Below, in pieces: positions 14,006 through 29,664 of a stretch of DNA of 64,000 nt. The translations under genes were made by a program, and so were the position numbers. This DNA is from Eledone cirrhosa (Eukaryota). How positions within the stretch are numbered: the stretch's first letter is position 1; every line of letters begins with the position of its first letter. The stretch is taken from contig OZ024748.1 of the NCBI GenBank assembly GCA_964016885.1, positions 2,976,001 to 3,040,000 on the forward strand. Direction: 5' to 3'. A model generated the notes under the pieces. The model worked only from the letters and a program-made list of their open reading frames with translations, did no database searches and was not told the DNA's origin.

Positions 14006-14088
14006 GCTATGTATAGGAAGACATATATAAGTTTATGTATAATAGACATATATATGCATGTATGTATGTAGGTATGTAAGTATGCAGG

Positions 14089-14122
<34 letters not shown>

Positions 14123-14764
14123 TGTATGTATGTATGCTCGTATGTATGTATGTTTGTATCTAAGTATGCACGTATGTATGTATATATGTATGTATATATG
14201 TATGTATACATGTATGTATGTATATATGTATGTATATATGTATGTATGCACGTATGTATGTATATATGTATGTATATATGTATGTATACATGTATGTATG
14301 CATATATGTATGTATATATGTATGCACGTATGTATGTATATATGTATGTATATATGTATGTATACATGTATGTATGTATATATGTATGTATATATGTATG
14401 TATACATGTATGTATGTATATATGTATGTATATATGTATGTATACATGTATGTATGTATACATACATGTATGTTTATATGAAACTAGGAAAATACTTAAA
14501 ATGGAAACTGAAAATTTGGTAGACCGGAAACATAGTATATGTGAAATATTGTTAAAGTGAGTTGATAGATAGAGAGACTGAGATATATAGGGAGGAGGGG
14601 TGGGTGGGTTTAAAGGGAGTTGATAGATAGAGAGACTGTGAGAGAGAGGGAGGGAGAGAGATGGGTTTAAAGGGAATTAATAGATAGAGAGATGGTGAGA
14701 GATGGAAGATAGACAAACAGATTTATTTAGAGAGAAAGATAGAGCGAGATGTATATATATATAT

Positions 14765-14801
<37 letters not shown>

Positions 14802-14814
14802 TATATATATATAC

Positions 14815-14903
<89 letters not shown>

Positions 14904-14909
14904 TGTGTG

Positions 14910-14964
<55 letters not shown>

Positions 14965-15528
14965 ATGATAGAGATGGGTTTAAAGAGAATTAATAGATAG
15001 AGAAATGGAGAGAAATAGAAGATAGACAAAGAGACAGGCAAGCAGAGAGAGAGAGACAGAGAGAGAGGGGGGAGAGGGAATGTGTGTGCGTGTGAGTGAG
15101 TCTGTGTGTGTGTGAGAGAGAGAGACAGAGAGAGCAACGGAGAGAGAGAGAGAGAGGGCGTCAGAGAATCGGCTGATAGGTTTAGGAGCAGTGGAATAAT
15201 CGCCAGATTGAGTACAGTATAATATATAGAGAGTATTATTGAGTACAAAGACTTAAAGGAGACCAACAGAGTCTTGAAAGAAACGAGAAAGACGACAGAA
15301 GAAATGTTTCGTTAGAATCAAAGGAAAAAGAGAAAAATGTAGACAAAAGAAAATATATAGAAAACAAAAGAGAATGGGAAAGTATTTAAAGTAAGGAAAC
15401 ACCTATACATATACAATTATATATACACATACACACACATATGTGTATATTTACATATGTGTGTGTATATATATATATATATGTTTATATATTTACATAT
15501 ATATGTATATATATACCTATATATATAT

Positions 15529-15559
<31 letters not shown>

Positions 15560-15659
15560 TATGTAAATATATAAACATATATATATATATATATATATAT
15601 ATGTTTATATATTTACATATATATGTATATATATATATGCATATATGTATATATATACC

Positions 15660-15741
<82 letters not shown>

Positions 15742-15847
15742 CATAAATATATATATGTAAATATATAAACATATGTATATATACACACACACATATATAT
15801 ATATATATGCATCTGTGTATATATACATATATATATATACATATATC

Positions 15848-15879
<32 letters not shown>

Positions 15880-16024
15880 TCTATATACATATATATATAT
15901 ATATACATACAAATATATACTCACACAAACACACACACACACACACATATATATATACACACACAGACACTCACATACACACACAGACACACATACAGAC
16001 ACACAGAGTGACACACACACATAT

Positions 16025-16073
<49 letters not shown>

Positions 16074-16642
16074 TACAGACACACTCACAATGAAAACCTA
16101 CGTAAAAATCAACACTAACAGTCAGATAAAATATGAAAGGCGAAGAGTGCTGATGCTCAACTGAATATATTTTTTTGTAAGAAAATAACTTCAATGCCGG
16201 CATTGAAACTATAAAATATTTGATTGAAATTCGTTCATAAAGAACAATGAGTGTTGTTTTACATAAAACAAATATATATATATTATACTATAACAGAATA
16301 TAATGTAATGTTTCGATTTTAAAACATTTAATACCGTACAAAATAAAGCATAGAAACAAAAAGTGGTGACATAATTTCTAAATCCATACGCGGCCATCTT
16401 TTTTTCCTTCACCTTTACACCTCATTCCCCTTTCGTCGACCTCCCTTTTTCTCCCCATTTTTTTTATTATTATTGTTATTAGTGGTATTATTATTATTAT
16501 TATTAGTTGGTGTTTTAAAGTCCTTTTGAGAGCTGTGGGAGCTATGAAATGATTTTATTACCGATGACGATCATGGCGTTTCAATTCATCATCTTATTTT
16601 AAGCAATAGGCAATGCCACCGCATACACGCTCGCACACACAG

Positions 16643-16752
<110 letters not shown>

Positions 16753-16803
16753 CAGACACAGATATATATATATATACAAACACACACACAAACGTATATA
16801 CAC

Positions 16804-16837
<34 letters not shown>

Positions 16838-17012
16838 TCAATAAGAACTATATAAAGTAATGTACCGTGGCTTCTCTCTACTTTGGGATATGTCACACAC
16901 ACACACACACACATACACATATATATACACATACACATACACACATACTCTACTGAATGTGTTCATTTTTATGGAGTGAATTCAAAAGCAAAAGAAAGGT
17001 TTATAGAATGTA

Positions 17013-17078
<66 letters not shown>

Positions 17079-17122
17079 TTATATATTTATATTTATTTAC
17101 ATTTATATATTTATTTATATTC

Positions 17123-17162
<40 letters not shown>

Positions 17163-17471
17163 ATATGTGAATGACTATATACATATGTATGGATACATAT
17201 GCAGAAGAGGGTTCCATGTGTTTGCCCCAACATCAATAGACCACAGTCCCCACCAACTTCCACCAGTAATAATAGAAACTCTCTCCTTCTCTGATCTTCT
17301 ATCAGTCAAGTGTATCTACATTGTTGTAAGGTTGAGTTAGACTTAGGATCAGAGTTCCAGCTCGGCTTCCTTCACCGGACGGAAAACTACAACAGACATT
17401 TATTCTATAACGTTGTAAATTGTATGTACATATATATACATATACATATATGTATGTGTGAGTGTGTATAA

Positions 17472-17535
<64 letters not shown>

Positions 17536-17616
17536 CCTTTTACATACATATATATATATGTGTATATTTACATGTATGCGTATTTATACGCATATATTTA
17601 GCTGTCTGTATGTATT

Positions 17617-17687
<71 letters not shown>

Positions 17688-17691
<4 letters not shown>

Positions 17692-17791
17692 GTTTCTACT
17701 TTAGGCACAAGGCCAGCAATTACCCAGTGCATTACTGGTACTTTATTTTATCGACCCCGTAAGGATGAAAGGCAAAGTCAACCTCGGCGGG

Positions 17792-17795
<4 letters not shown>
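17688..17795 (-). mobile_element. 5'-truncated SINE inserted in (TA)n
   Basis: Matches the 3' two-thirds of the dominant SINE. Confidence 0.85.
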
Positions 17796-18232
<437 letters not shown>

Positions 18233-18281
18233 TAGGTTTCTATTTATTTTCCACGAGGGCACAAAAGAAGGGGACAAATAC

Positions 18282-18320
<39 letters not shown>

Positions 18321-18828
18321 TGATATTTATACTTCTTCATATTATATATATATTATATACATATATTTATATTATACATAATATATATATGCATGAATAA
18401 TATTACATAATATATTATATTATCTATATATATTAATTATGATTATTCTATATATATAATATATATGCGTGTATTACACACACATACACATATATATACA
18501 ATTATATATATATATACAATTATATATATAATTGTATATATATGTGTGTGTGTATTACACGCATATATATTATATATATAGAATAATCATAATTAATATA
18601 TATATATATATATATATTCAAATCATACAAAATTATATATATATATATACGTGTATATACATACATATATTTATTCCTATATATACATATATATTCATAT
18701 ATATACATATATATATATAGTTTGGATGTATATAATATATATGAGTTCGGATCTAGCTGTCGGGGGGGGGGGGGGTCTGGCTCTTTTCCTACATATATCT
18801 ATATATATATATGAATATATATATACAT

Positions 18829-18980
<152 letters not shown>

Positions 18981-19246
18981 TATGTATTATATATCATATT
19001 AAACTGTATATACCATATAATCTCTTTTAGGACCCATGAGTGGATAGGGAGTTTTTAATTTTATAGTTGATAGCTTCTATTACATTTTTGACTATTTCAA
19101 ACATTTGAAGTTAGTCATTTACCCCGTCCCACGGGTGACACCGCACAAATATTTATCCCATCTCCTGGGGATTATCAGCAGAACTCATTTGATTAGTTTT
19201 CATAGTCAAAATCTTTGAATATATATATATAAAGAGAGAGAGAGAT

Positions 19247-19286
<40 letters not shown>

Positions 19287-19522
19287 GAAGAGGGAGAGAG
19301 GATATAGAGACTGTATGTACTCTATGTTTAAAACATATTTATATGTACATATATAAACATATATATATTATATATATATATTATATATATATATATATTA
19401 TATATATATATTATATATATCTTATATATATATTATATATATATATACAGTTCAATATTATATATAATGCATACAATTTAATATATATGTAAATAATATA
19501 TTTTACATTTGTATATACATAT

Positions 19523-19579
<57 letters not shown>

Positions 19580-20265
19580 TGTGTGTGTATGTATGTGTAT
19601 ATATGTGCGTAGGGGTGTAAATATGTGCGTAGATGTGTGATTATATATGTGCGTTCGTGCCCAAGTGTTTGTGTGTTTGTGTATATGTATATGTGTGTAT
19701 GTATATATGTATATATGTATATGTGCATATGTATATGTGTGTATGTATATATGTATATGTGTATATGTGTATATGTGTATATGTGTGTATGTGTAAGTTA
19801 GTTCCTCTTGCCACACAGACAAAGCTATAAATCCATCAATGTCGAAATAGTTTAGTATTAATCGAAGTAGGAGGGAAGGGAAGAGGGGGGGGCAGAGGTA
19901 GAGGGGGGGGTAGAGAGGGGGAGAGGGAGGAAGAGAGGGGGGGGACATGACATGACGTGAGTAATTCAGAGAAGATAATTGTTTACAGCGTTGGATACCG
20001 AGTAGAGTTGGATTGATGTAGATATAGAGATAAAGACTGGTGGATAGATAGATAGGTAGAGAGTGGGGGGGGGGGGGGGTAGATAGATACACAAAGACTG
20101 GTTGGTAGATAGGTAGATAGAGAGAGAGGGTGAGAGAGAGAGAGGTAGGTACATAGATTGATAGAGAGAGAGGGGGAGAAATAGAGGGTTTAGATGGAGA
20201 GACAGAGACTGATAGAGAGATAGATATAGATAGAAAGATAGATAGATAGATAGATGGATAGATAT

Positions 20266-20302
<37 letters not shown>

Positions 20303-20393
20303 AGATAGATAGAAAGATAGATAGACGGATCACTATAGTAATAAAATATATTCACTACAACAGATATAAAAGTGTATCGATATTAGTATAAAT

Positions 20394-20562
20394 AATTGTT
20401 TCTACTTTTTGGCACAAGGCCAGCAATTACCCAGTACATTACTGGTACTTTATTTTATCGACCCCGTAAGGATGAAAGGCAAAGTCAACCTCGGCGAGAT
20501 TTGAACTCAGGGACGTAACTATGCTGCAAAGCATGGCGTCCGACCCTCTACCGATACTGCCA
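20394..20562 (-). mobile_element. tRNA-derived SINE, dominant family
   Basis: Full core, B box and A-box region. Confidence 0.9.
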
Positions 20563-21194
20563 TTCTAGTGCCATTATTGTTGCCCTACGAAATATTTAGT
20601 GGTTTAAATAGTTAGAACTTCGGATCAAATGTCTTATCGTATTTGAGCTGCCTATTTGAGCTCTGAGTTCAAATCTCACCGAGATCAACTTCGACCCTCA
20701 TCCCGTCTGTGTCGATACAATAAATACCAGTCTTTCCTCGTTTCATTCAATTTCATTTTATTTATCGAATGCTTTTTCCACTTCAATTCACTTTCATTTT
20801 ATAGTGAGTTATTTTATATACCTAAAGCGAAACATCCTCCTTTTTACTTAAGAGTTTTTTTATAATATAAGTAAAATTTAATGTCTGCTTCTGAAAAAAG
20901 TGAAAAAAAAAATCCAGCTAAATAGTTCACTACTTGAACTTTTTTTAGCATAGATCTGATCAATAAGGATCGGGGCTCGCCTAGGGCTAAAAACAACAAC
21001 AACAGCACTAACTAGAGCAAGGGAAGGAAAGTGAGAAAGAGAAAATAAGACAGCATTCTTCCCCCTCCCCTCATCCTATTCCAATCTCCCTGGGTCCCCA
21101 AACAATATTTCCCTAAAGTAAAAAACGACCCCTACTCTAATCTATTAAACTCCCATCCAACGTTATTTAGGGCTCAGTCTGTCTGTCACTTGTC

Positions 21195-21235
21195 TAGCCC
21201 CGCTTTTTTTCATTGGTTTACATGCCACGCCCACT
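21195..21235. promoter_or_regulatory. Candidate Pol II promoter motif cluster (GC box-like, CCAAT, KLF/Sp)
   Basis: GCCCCGC, ATTGG and GCCACGCCCAC within 40 bp of unique sequence, next to a long CT/GA tract. Confidence 0.3.
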
Positions 21236-21430
21236 TTTTTATATCTTGTCCCCTCCTCTCTTTTTAAATATCATGTCATCCCTCTTTTCTTCTTTCTTTT
21301 CTTTCTCTCTCTCTCCCCCTCCCTCCCTATCTCCCCCCCTCTCTCTCTCTCACCGTGCATCTATTCTTTCTTTCTCTCTTTTTCTTTAATTTCCACACAG
21401 TCTCTGTTTCTCTTTCCCTCTCTATCTCTT

Positions 21431-21518
<88 letters not shown>

Positions 21519-21722
21519 ATTTACATCTTTCTATCTTTTACTTAACTCCTCTCCCCCCCTCTCTCTCTCTCTTTCTCTCTGTTACTATTTCTGTTTATAT
21601 CTTTCTTTCTCCCCCTCCCTCTTTATATCTACTTATTTACTTCTCTTTATTGCAACCCTTCTCTCTATCTCTCACTCTTTTTCTTCTTCCCTCTCTCTAT
21701 TACAACTTCTGTTCTATGTCTC

Positions 21723-21768
<46 letters not shown>

Positions 21769-22372
21769 TCTCTTACACACGCACCCTTCCTTAGTTATCC
21801 CTCTATTCCTCGTTTCTAACTTTCTTCATTACTCTTCTCTCTCACTCACTCTCTCTCTCTCCGCTCTCCTCCTCTCTCCTCTCTCCTCCTCTCTCTATCC
21901 ACCTCTCCCCTTCCCTCTATCTTTCTCCCTCCTCTCTCTCTTTACGTCTACAACATGGTCCTCGGTTGTCTGTAGTGATGGTCGTGGCTCTGTCTAGCAG
22001 CACCACAACATATTCCTTGGCTGTCTTTAGTGGAGTCCATTTTAAGAAAAATATTGGCCTGCTTCGGGCCCCAAATGGGTCTTGTGCCGCCTTGCCAAAT
22101 TTCTCTTGGAGGCCCTGTCATAGGTCTGACCTAGGGTTAAATGACGACAACAGCCAGACAGTTACGAAAACATAAACATACGTATGTATATACTCACATT
22201 GGTAGATATATACACACATACGTCCAAACATATGCCGCCGTACATTTACATATACGTATATACACAGCAAACCCTCTCCAATTCTCTCCCATTCTTTCTC
22301 CCTCTCCAATCTCTCTCTCTCTCTCTTTCTCTCTCTCACACACAAACACTCTTTCTTTCTCTCCCTTTCTCA

Positions 22373-22424
<52 letters not shown>

Positions 22425-22432
<8 letters not shown>

Positions 22433-22572
22433 TAAAATAACAGATTAAAGTTCTTTGCTTAAACTTTAATCTGTTATTTTAATAAATATTTGCTCTACGG
22501 TTCTTATATAGTTGATATATATTTATCCTTATTGAGCCCTCTTTGGATTTTAGTCTTCAAATTTATTATTAT

Positions 22573-22575
<3 letters not shown>
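22425..22575 (+). mobile_element. (TA)n-inserted fold-back element family B (27-bp arms plus tail)
   Basis: Arms about 22425-22452 and 22462-22488; homologous to 60007-60220. Confidence 0.8.
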
Positions 22576-22612
<37 letters not shown>

Positions 22613-22617
<5 letters not shown>

Positions 22618-22805
22618 AACCAATAAGACCCCGACAGCTGAGCTCAAGCCGTTTCGACGGCTAATTCTGGTCCAGAATTAGCCGTCGAAACGGCTTGAGC
22701 TCAGCTGTCGGGGTCTTATTGGTTCCTATTACCCACTCTACTACCTCAAGTATTGAGTACTTTGGTGCGTTATGGTCCACCTGGTTCCTTACCACATTTC
22801 CTTCG

Positions 22806-22808
<3 letters not shown>
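22613..22808 (+). mobile_element. (TA)n-inserted fold-back HHR element family A: perfect 58-bp arms, 1-nt loop, 79-bp tail
   Basis: 22613-22670 and 22672-22729 are inverted; contains GAAA-CGGCU-UGAGCUC-AGCUG-UC. Confidence 0.88.
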
Positions 22809-22845
<37 letters not shown>

Positions 22846-22910
22846 CTGTGTGCGTCTGTGTGAGTGTATACCTAGCGGTCTGTTTATCTATCTATCTATC
22901 TATCTATCTC

Positions 22911-22971
<61 letters not shown>

Positions 22972-23481
22972 TTCTCTTATCCAGAGCTAGCTAGCTCGTT
23001 ATTATCCGTTGTTATCCGTTGTTATCCGTTGCAATCCGTTGTTATCCGTTGGTGACGACGACGAAAGCAGCACCAGAAGACATCACAGAATTACAGATAA
23101 AGCATTGGTTATTCTGATGTATTGGACATTCGTTTGTCTTATCAGGCGAAAAAGAGTCATGCAAAAATTGACACAGCGAGAAAAACGGCCGACGATGATT
23201 TGAACGGCGGCGGGTGTCGTTTGAGACAAGATTTTTCACGCTTGCTTCTAAACTGTGATGGATGCTTTCGCTTGATCGCAGGGCCGACCGCTGTGGTAAC
23301 ACAGAACGAACTAACAAACGATTTAAGGATTTAAGGATATATGAGCAGTCCTTAACCACCACCTGCCCCCCCCCCCCCCTACACACACACACCACCACCA
23401 CCACCACACCTTCTCTCTCTCTCTCCCTCTCTCTCTTTTCTCTATCTCATCTCCCTCTCTCTCTCTCTTTCACTCTCTCTC

Positions 23482-23518
<37 letters not shown>

Positions 23519-23697
23519 GCATTAATGTATGTGTGTGTTTGTATATATATATGCGTGTCTCTCGCTCTCTCTCTATATATATATGTGTATATGTGTGTGT
23601 GAATGTGTATATGTATGTATATATATGTGTGTGTGTGTCTATATGTGTTTGTGTATTTATATATATATGTGTGTGTGTCTATATGTGTTTGTGTATT

Positions 23698-23761
<64 letters not shown>

Positions 23762-23959
23762 TCTGACGTCGTTTATTCCACTCAGTTTGACAGACTGACA
23801 GACTGACAAGAACAAACCAGCCAACCAGCACGTAAGAAATAATAGGACGAAAGGAGAGAAGAAGAGAGCGAGGGTGTGAGTGTCAGAGAAGGAGGGGGAG
23901 ATGAGCAGTATGATGGAGGAAAGAGGTAGAGGCTGTAGTGATCCTGATGGAGAAAGTTG

Positions 23960-24200
23960 ATTAAATTGACTCCAGTGCATTACTGGTACTTTATTTTACC
24001 GACCTCGTAAGGATGAAAGGAAAAGCTAACCTCGGTGGGATTTGAACTCAGAACGTAAAGGGCCGTAACTCTATGGCATAAAGCATCTTGTTCGACGCTC
24101 TACCGATTCTGCCAATGGTAATAATCAGCAATTACCCCAGTCCATTACTGATACTTTATTTTATAGACCCCGTATGGATGAAAGGCAAAGTTAACCTCGG
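23960..24200 (-). mobile_element. Two tandem SINE copies; the second runs into a 15-bp minisatellite
   Basis: Dominant SINE core seen twice. Confidence 0.85.
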
Positions 24201-24406
24201 CAAAGTTAACCTCGGCAAAGTTAACCTCGGCAAAGTTAACCTCGGCAAAGTTAACCTCAACAAAGTGACCTCAACAAAGTTAACCTCAACAAAGTGAACC
24301 TCAACAAAGTGAACCTCAACAAAGTGAACCTCAACAAAGTGAACCTCAACAAAGTGAACCTCAACAAAGTGAACCTCAACAAAGTGAACCTCAACAAAGT
24401 GAACCT
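24186..24406. repeat. 15-bp minisatellite (CAAAGTTAACCTCGG to CAAAGTGAACCTCAA), about 15 copies
   Basis: Direct tandem periodicity; the unit equals a SINE core segment. Confidence 0.95.
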
Positions 24407-24990
24407 TACACATGTAAGCTCATTCCCTTAAGTTCTTTCTCAGGCCAATATGTGGCACATTTTTTTACACCTCAGTAAATATGAAAGTTTGAATGTTTGA
24501 GACGAAACCCAGTCTCTGGAATTCAGGACTTATCAGGTAATCTACACCAAACGGAAGTAAATACCAACACACGTAATGGACATTTTCTATTCGAAGATTT
24601 TTTAATAGAAATTCCATTTTGTAGGACTTTTATGTCTCTAAAATAGCGTCAAATGGATAATGGATAATTTCCAGATTTCCTGTCGATGGAATTTACCACC
24701 AGATGCCTGTTCATAATTGCGCCATTTAACTAGAATTATTGAAACCAGTTCAATAGACGTGTAAGGTCAAGCCGTGCGTCTCCAACATTTGGGGTTTGAA
24801 GTTTGGAAAACACTAATTTATGTTGTTTATGAATGTAAGTATGTGTATGTACGTTTGAGCGTGTGTGTGGTATGTGTGAGTGTATAAATGTATGTATGTG
24901 CATATATGTTATTTTTTTTTATGCGACGCACACATTTCAAATTTTCCTAATGTTTCTTAATTAAGCCGTTTATATATATGTATAGATTCC

Positions 24991-25763
<773 letters not shown>

Positions 25764-25863
25764 CTTTTATTACCTGAGATTGTTAAAGGTTTATCTCAAA
25801 GGCTCGAGATTAGAGATTCATGTGCCAGTTGATTAAATATTGTGTGTGTATATATATATATAT

Positions 25864-26056
25864 GAAAAAGTATAACCCCGACGGCAGAGCTCAAGCCGTT
25901 TCGACGGCTATTTCTAGTCCAGAAATAACCAGCGAAACGGCTTGAGCTCTGCCGTCGGGGTCATACTTTTTCCTATTACCCACTCTACTACCCTAAGTAT
26001 TAAGTACTCTGGTGCGTTATGGTCCATCTGGTTCCTTACCACAATTCCTTCGTTTT
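25864..26056 (+). mobile_element. (TA)n-inserted fold-back HHR element family A (52-bp arms plus tail)
   Basis: 25864-25915 and 25921-25972 are inverted; tail nearly identical to 22730-22808. Confidence 0.88.
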
Positions 26057-26104
26057 ATATATATATATATTCTGGTTTGCGTATTGAGTTCTCTTTATAA
26101 AATC

Positions 26105-26207
<103 letters not shown>

Positions 26208-26629
26208 TGTCAGTCTGTCAGTCTGTCTGTCTCTGTTTGAGAGAGAGGGAGTGTGTGGATATAACCACTCGCATTAATGTACATTACCGCACACATATAC
26301 ACACATGCTCACACATACATATACATACACACACTCACCTTTTCTAGCTGTAATTTTAATTATACACATGTACATATAAAAACATAATAAACACATACTA
26401 AATACATCCGCAATACATGGTATATGTATAAATATATATGTATGTTTATATATATATATATATATATATAGCTACATCTAGCTATACATATTTATATATA
26501 TATATATATATATATAAACGCATGTATACACATATACATATATATGTATATATGTGTGTTCATGTGCATATATATATGCTCATGAACACACATATATACA
26601 TATATATGTATGTATATGTGTGTACATGC

Positions 26630-26669
<40 letters not shown>

Positions 26670-26818
26670 GCATGTATGCACTCATGATGAATAGGGATAC
26701 ACGCGAACACGAGCACATGAATAAATATATACTCACACACATAAACACACATATATACACACACATATATATATATATATACACATATATACACATATAT
26801 ATATATATACACATATAT

Positions 26819-26858
<40 letters not shown>

Positions 26859-27650
26859 GTGCAGCGACTCATATAAACGATCACATCACTCACATTCCGT
26901 GCTTCCATGACTTAAGAGGCCTTTTAAAAATTTATGTTGTCAATTTAGTGGAACTTTTTAGTTTTAGAAGTGGGAGCAAGCTGTGACAGCGTAGGAAACG
27001 TTGAAAAACCGTTTTAAAACGGTCGCCATCTTGGGAAATTTGGTAATGAAATAATCGTGTACACCCCTTAAAACAAACGATATTCGATTTTAAATACAAC
27101 GAAGATTTATTGGTCTAGTAGTAAGGTGTAGGGTGTAGTGTAGTATGGTATAGGTTTGTGAGGTATAGGGGGAGAATTTAAATGATGTGGTGCGGTGTGG
27201 TTTTGATTTTGGTACAAAAACTATATACATATATATATACTAACACACATAAACTCATCACACACATATATGTATGTGTGTGTGAGTGAACGTGTGTGTG
27301 TGTGAATGAACGTGTGTGTGTGTGTGACTGAACGTATGGGTGTATGAGTGAACGTGTGTGTGTGTGTGAACGTGTGTGCGTGTGTGTGAACGTGTGTGTG
27401 TAGTATAGTGTATTGTGGCGTACGCAAGGGTGTAAAACAAATATATTAATATATTATAGTGGTATTTAATCAAGTTTATTTTCCTTCGTCATTTTACGCC
27501 CGGGAGTTATTAAACTGTCTTATGGTGTGTGTGTATATAATATATATATATATATACATACACATATATATATGTATATTATATATATATGTACATACAT
27601 ATATATATATATATATATGAACCAACAGTAACTTGACGTTACAATCCCTA

Positions 27651-27723
<73 letters not shown>

Positions 27724-28046
27724 CGATATTTAGTGACCGTGCTTGCATGTAACAGTGTGAGAATCTGTGGCTGTATGGTTGTGTATATATATATGTTGAT
27801 ATATGTGTGAGTGAGTATATGTATGTCCATATGCGTGTGTATGTGTGTTTATGTAGTATTATAAGGTAGTATACTGTAGTTTAATAGACTAGATGTAATT
27901 TAATGTGAGCAGAGTCGACTGTAAAGGTGAATATTAAATTAGTATAATATAATAGTAAGAACTGTATCTAGTGATGTTGGTATGGAGCTGAGCAGCAAAC
28001 CTGGAGATCTCTGGTTCGTCTCCTAGCAGCAGAAATATAATGTAAT

Positions 28047-28210
28047 AATTGCTTCTACTTTAGGCACAAGGCCAGCAATTACCCAGTGCATTACTGGTAT
28101 TTTATCGACCCCGTAAGGATGAAAGGCAAAGTTAACCTCAGCGGGATTTGAACTCAGAATGGCAAGGGACGTAACTCTATGTGTCAAAGCATGGCGTCCG
28201 ACCCTCTAAG
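28047..28210 (-). mobile_element. tRNA-derived SINE, dominant family
   Basis: Core and B box. Confidence 0.88.
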
Positions 28211-28302
28211 GACTGTATGTAGATAGTCATGTGGATATGAAGCTGAACAGCAAACCTGAAGGTCTCTGGTTCGTTTTCTGTCATCAGAAATACAATATAA
28301 TG

Positions 28303-28476
28303 CAGATAAAATTCCGTTGTAACGAATACCATTATAACGAATTTTTCAGTATATCGAAAGTTTTTACAATCCCCAGCCACACACTCAATGTGTTAGGTCA
28401 ATCTCATTATAACAGATTTTTCGTTACAGCAAATTTTTTTATACCCCGTGAATTTCGTTATAACGGAATTTTACTG
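28303..28476. mobile_element. Tigger/pogo-like MITE, about 174 bp
   Basis: TIRs CAGATAAAATTCCGTTGTAACGAA and TTCGTTATAACGGAATTTTACTG; internal TTATAAC subrepeats. Confidence 0.75.
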
Positions 28477-28879
28477 AGGTAAGGACCTATATAGATAGCC
28501 GTGTGGGTATGGAGCTAAGCACCAAACCTTGAGATCTCTCGTTCATTTCCTCCCGTCAAAAATTATTTATTGTTGTTTAACAAAAGGTTAGCTCTGGTAG
28601 AACAGCTTCACGTTCAAACACATTCTCGTCGTTATCTCCCCTTGTACGGTCTATCTACAACTACGTTATCTAATGTTACTTGGGACCTGGTGTATTACTG
28701 GTTACTTAGGACCATGTTGGGGCCTGTTGTATTGTTGGTTATCTAGGGTCGACTGCATTGTTGGGTACTATCGGTTTGGTTTACTGCTTACTAAGTCTGA
28801 ATGCAGCAGATTTCCTCCAGAGAAGGCTATAGAAAGTGCAAGAGAATGGACGAGAAAAAGAGATACAAAGGAAGAATCG

Positions 28880-29030
28880 ACCCCCAGTACAAGACTGATA
28901 CTTTTTATCGATCTTGAAGAGGTGAAAAGATGAAAGTTGACTTCGGCGGGATTTGAACTTAGAGAGTAGAGAGCTGGAACGAATACGACAAGGTATTCTA
29001 TCTGACATTCTAGCAACTCTACCAATTCAC
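28880..29030 (-). mobile_element. Diverged SINE copy
   Basis: TTTTATCGA...GATGAAAGTTGACTTCGGCGGGATTTGAACT. Confidence 0.75.
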
Positions 29031-29611
29031 TAAGTGATGGGACAGAACAAGAATAAAGAATAGAAAGACGTTTCTAAACCAGTGACAGAGAAGTTCCCTC
29101 GTTGAGGGAAATCTTCACGTGTAATCTATTGGTTTCCATTCCACTACACATGTCTTGTCTTCACACCTGGGAATGGAGAGAAAATTGACAAAAAATAAAA
29201 TAGATATATAAAATAAAATAAAATAAAATGATGAAAATAATTAATTATTCAGGTGAAATGAAAATTAAGAAAGGAAGAAGAAAAAAAGGGATACCTGATA
29301 ACAACGACTAATCAGGAATGAAAATAGATGAACACAAAAGAAAAAATATTACAATATTATCAGAAACATTGTTTTGTATCGAATATGAAACACAAGCATG
29401 CGCATACACAAACACAAACATACAAATACACACATACACATATATATTCATATCTGTCGATATATACACACATGCATGTCTACATACATACATACATATA
29501 TATGTATATATATATATATATATTATATATATATATATTATATATATATATATATGTATACGTATGTATGCATTTATATATATACATGTGTGTATATGCA
29601 CACACACACGC

Positions 29612-29664
<53 letters not shown>

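Noticed and set aside
16190-16207. 18-bp palindrome TTCAATGCCGGCATTGAA
   Set aside because: Isolated, with no second copy or ribozyme core; cannot be distinguished from chance or a decayed fold-back
28270-28290. CTGATGA-CA-GAAA on the minus strand as a hammerhead
   Set aside because: No stem III/NUH or stem I pairing, and not conserved in the two sister repeats
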